This document shows, one piece after another, positions 61,313 through 64,000 of a stretch of DNA of 64,000 nucleotides. The DNA lies in NCBI GenBank assembly GCA_040285855.1, contig JAUFOQ010000002.1, forward strand, positions 248,001 to 312,000, in the 5' to 3' direction. Every line of letters begins with the position of its first letter. Positions within the stretch are counted from its first letter, which is position 1. The stretch is from Eukaryota sp. GEM-RC1 (lineage: Eukaryota). The notes under the pieces are model-generated. The model did no database searches. It saw nothing but the letters and a program-made list of their open reading frames with translations, and was not told the origin of the DNA. A program made the position numbers and the translations under genes.

Positions 61313-63662
61313 ATGTCTGCTCCGGATCCACAAGAAGCACAGTTTAAGGCTACTGCTGACCTTCACCTATCACGAATGAAAAAGGATCTTGACTTTCTTC
61401 TTGAACAACAAGAGTCTGTCTCAAACGACCTCCAAAAGGTTGTTCTCAACCATGCACCTGCCTTCATATCTTCAGTTTCAGAAACTCATCATCTTTCTTC
61501 TCTAGTTCCCTTTTTATCCACAAAGTTCTCTCGTATATCTTCTTCACTCAACCGTCTCTCATCTACTATACCAAAAGTATCATCTGACCTTGTTTATCCA
61601 AACATTGCTCCCCATTCATGCCCAGCTGATGACCCCGTAGCCTCTTCTTCTTTTGATACATCCTCAAAGAAGTCATCATCTACTGCCTGCCTCCGTCTCC
61701 CCTCAATACTCTTCCTCTCCAACGCGGTTGCTGTCCTCATAGTGGAAGGACAACTGTCCAAAGCAGTAGACCAACTGATCCACTCACAGGAAAAACTTTT
61801 AAAAACACAACAGGGTCACTCTGACAAGGAATCCTTTAGAGGTAGTTTCTCTGTAACTTGTGCTACTTCTGCTTTAGATCAAGTCAAATCAGAACTTATT
61901 CCACTTCTACTTAGTCATTTGAAGTCACTATGTGAAGCTTCCACTTCGTCCTTAATGTCACTTAAACTTGATGATACGTCACCTTTCATTCCACCTTCGC
62001 CACATCTTTTCTCCTCTTCTAAGCACTCGTTTAACACGTCTAAGACAACGTCCAAAACACCTTCCACTTCTGAATATTTTAAATTATTGGTCAAGTTGGG
62101 AGAGTCGTCGCTTGCTGTTCAAACCATACTTCAGACATATTCTCGAACAAGTCGACAGTTTCTAATCAATTCTAGACTGTCCTCTTCATTTGTTCTTCCT
62201 CAATCGCTAACGTCGTTGATTGAGAAGTCGGGGTCAGATATTGAGCTCCTTCCTAGTTTGTATTGGTGCGTTTTTAAAGTGTGTAGACTGTTGCAGTTCA
62301 CTGGAAAAGAAATGCTTCGATTAAAGAAAGATCAGAATTGTATTAATCAATCAGATTTGATTTTGATGACGTCCTGGATTGGAACGACTGGAAGACGATT
62401 GTTAATGGAGCTCATTCCCACTGCTCGTCTCGGTCACAATTCCACGTCATGCAATCACATTTTGAACGTATTTTTGACTTTTTATATTTGCAGGATTTGA
62501 TGTTTCCACCAACGAGTTTATTGACTTTAATGTCGATTGTTTGGTTCAGGTTTTTAGTATAATCAAACAACCAATCATTTTTGATGGAATCGCGTCGTTT
62601 CTACGTAACCAAGATTTACAAAATTTTAGATTTTTCAATTTGAACCACCACTGTAAAAATTTAAAACATGTCAATTCTGAACCATTTGATGTGCTGAAAA
62701 AACACGTATTCTTGTGTGATAAGTTTCTGTCTATATTTACTGTTATCGACACATTGGTAGGTGTTTTATTGAATTTGAATGATTTTAATTCTCGTTTTTA
62801 TTTTATTTTATTTGCATCACTGAAACAATTGTTCAAATCTGTTCTTGATGGTATTTATTCAATTTTCCCTTCAAAATCCAACAGAAATTTAGAAATCTTC
62901 CATGCTTTCTTTACACTTTCCGTCTGGATTGCCCATCTTTTCCCATCATTAGTCGAAGTTGCCTTTAGCCAACAAACTGATCATTCAGACCAATCAGATT
63001 TGATTGACGAGAACGCTGATCCTGTCGTGGTGCCAAGTATTGTTGATTATCTGTGTCCCAATCATTTAGCTCCAGTCATATTTAATTTACAGCCAACAGC
63101 TCAGCAAAAGTCTATAGAAGATCCCAGAATTCATAAAGTTCTACCACTGGCAACTAATTCATTAATTGAAGTTCTGCTTCATCGAACATTAGTGCAAAAA
63201 TTCGATTGGGGTCGAAAAATTATTGAAATTTCTGAAAATGTTGAAAGTATTTCAAATTTATATCCTTCAATTATTTCGAGGGATGTTGTGCGAGATTTTG
63301 TCTTGACTTTAGATGCTATACCACGATTTCATTTAATTAGTTTGTACGTGTTTAAAAGAAGTGTTTTTGAAATGTTTTCAAAATTTCAAGAACCCAAATT
63401 TTTAAATAACTTTACAAAGGTGTCAACTGTAACTATTCATCAAATTTTACTGGATTTTAACTATCTTAAAGCTGTATTTTGGTCTATTCTACCAAATGGT
63501 TTTTCAATCAAACCTTTAAGTGATGTATTTGTACGCGTTCATGTCGATCATCAGGTTAAAAACTCTCAGGTTTCTTCTCCTTTGCCAGACGAATCATGGT
63601 TCAGTGATCGAGTCAAAGTTGCATTGGATGACGTCTCCTTTCCTGATTTGTCCACATCGTAA
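61313..63662 (+). CDS. Exo84/Vps51-family-like vesicle-tethering subunit (one frameshift near 62480)
   Basis: N-terminal coiled segment DLQKVVLNHAPAFISSVSETHHL resembles the Vps51/Exo84 N-domain; C-terminal HQILLDFNYL. The two ORFs join by removing one T in a T-run. Confidence 0.45.
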
Positions 63663-64000
63663 TTGCTATTTTTCTAAATCTAGATGTAATTTGAATTTTT
63701 GTTGTGTATATTTATTTGTGTTTCTGATTTGGTTTTCTTCTCTTGAACCTTCTATAAACAAGTTTTGACCGTAATTTTCTAGTTAAAAATCCTGAAGTTG
63801 CAGGTTTTTTCTGTGAACTCAATTGACTTTTAAATAATTTTGTTTTCACTAGGTGGCATAAAAATTCAATAGTCTTGAGTTCCAGAAGTCAATATAGTGC
63901 TGCTAAACGACTTCATGTACTCAGCAAAGGTAAGATTGAATTGTAGCAGGAAGTGCACTCGTATCCTTTCCAATCAAAAATAAAAGCTAAAGTTAATGGT

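Noticed and set aside
62468..62493. Possible GT..AG intron in the Exo84-like gene
   Set aside because: Its removal enters a frame that stops quickly, and it lacks the CTYACNYTAG end. A T-run frameshift joins the ORFs instead.

Overview
Eukaryotic microbial (protist-like) genomic DNA in the standard genetic code, with very short spliceosomal introns (27-33 nt). Many single-base homopolymer frameshifts look like long-read consensus errors. Host genes: two tandem-duplicated PiT/PHO4 phosphate transporters, PUS10, an SLC52-like riboflavin transporter, a K+-independent H+-pyrophosphatase, beta-tubulin, an RBM25-like RRM/PWI protein, an Exo84/Vps51-like tethering subunit and a decayed bacterial-type YiaC-like GNAT gene. 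About two thirds of the window is transposon-derived. Ty3/Gypsy family A has two copies inside an 8.6-kb tandem duplication and an apparent 21-bp TG..CA terminus. Family B forms a 22-kb head-to-tail array of five units sharing six 94-bp LTRs under one 4-bp TSD, nested in a pogo-like MITE. There are also nested CRE-like RLE non-LTR retrotransposons inside a hAT shell, and several hAT and pogo/Tc1 MITEs. The most unusual signal: in both Gypsy families the primer-binding-site position holds a perfect 12-bp palindrome that begins with the LTR-terminal CA (CAATAATTATTG in A, CAATATATATTG in B), suggesting tRNA-independent priming or dimerisation in ultra-short-LTR elements.
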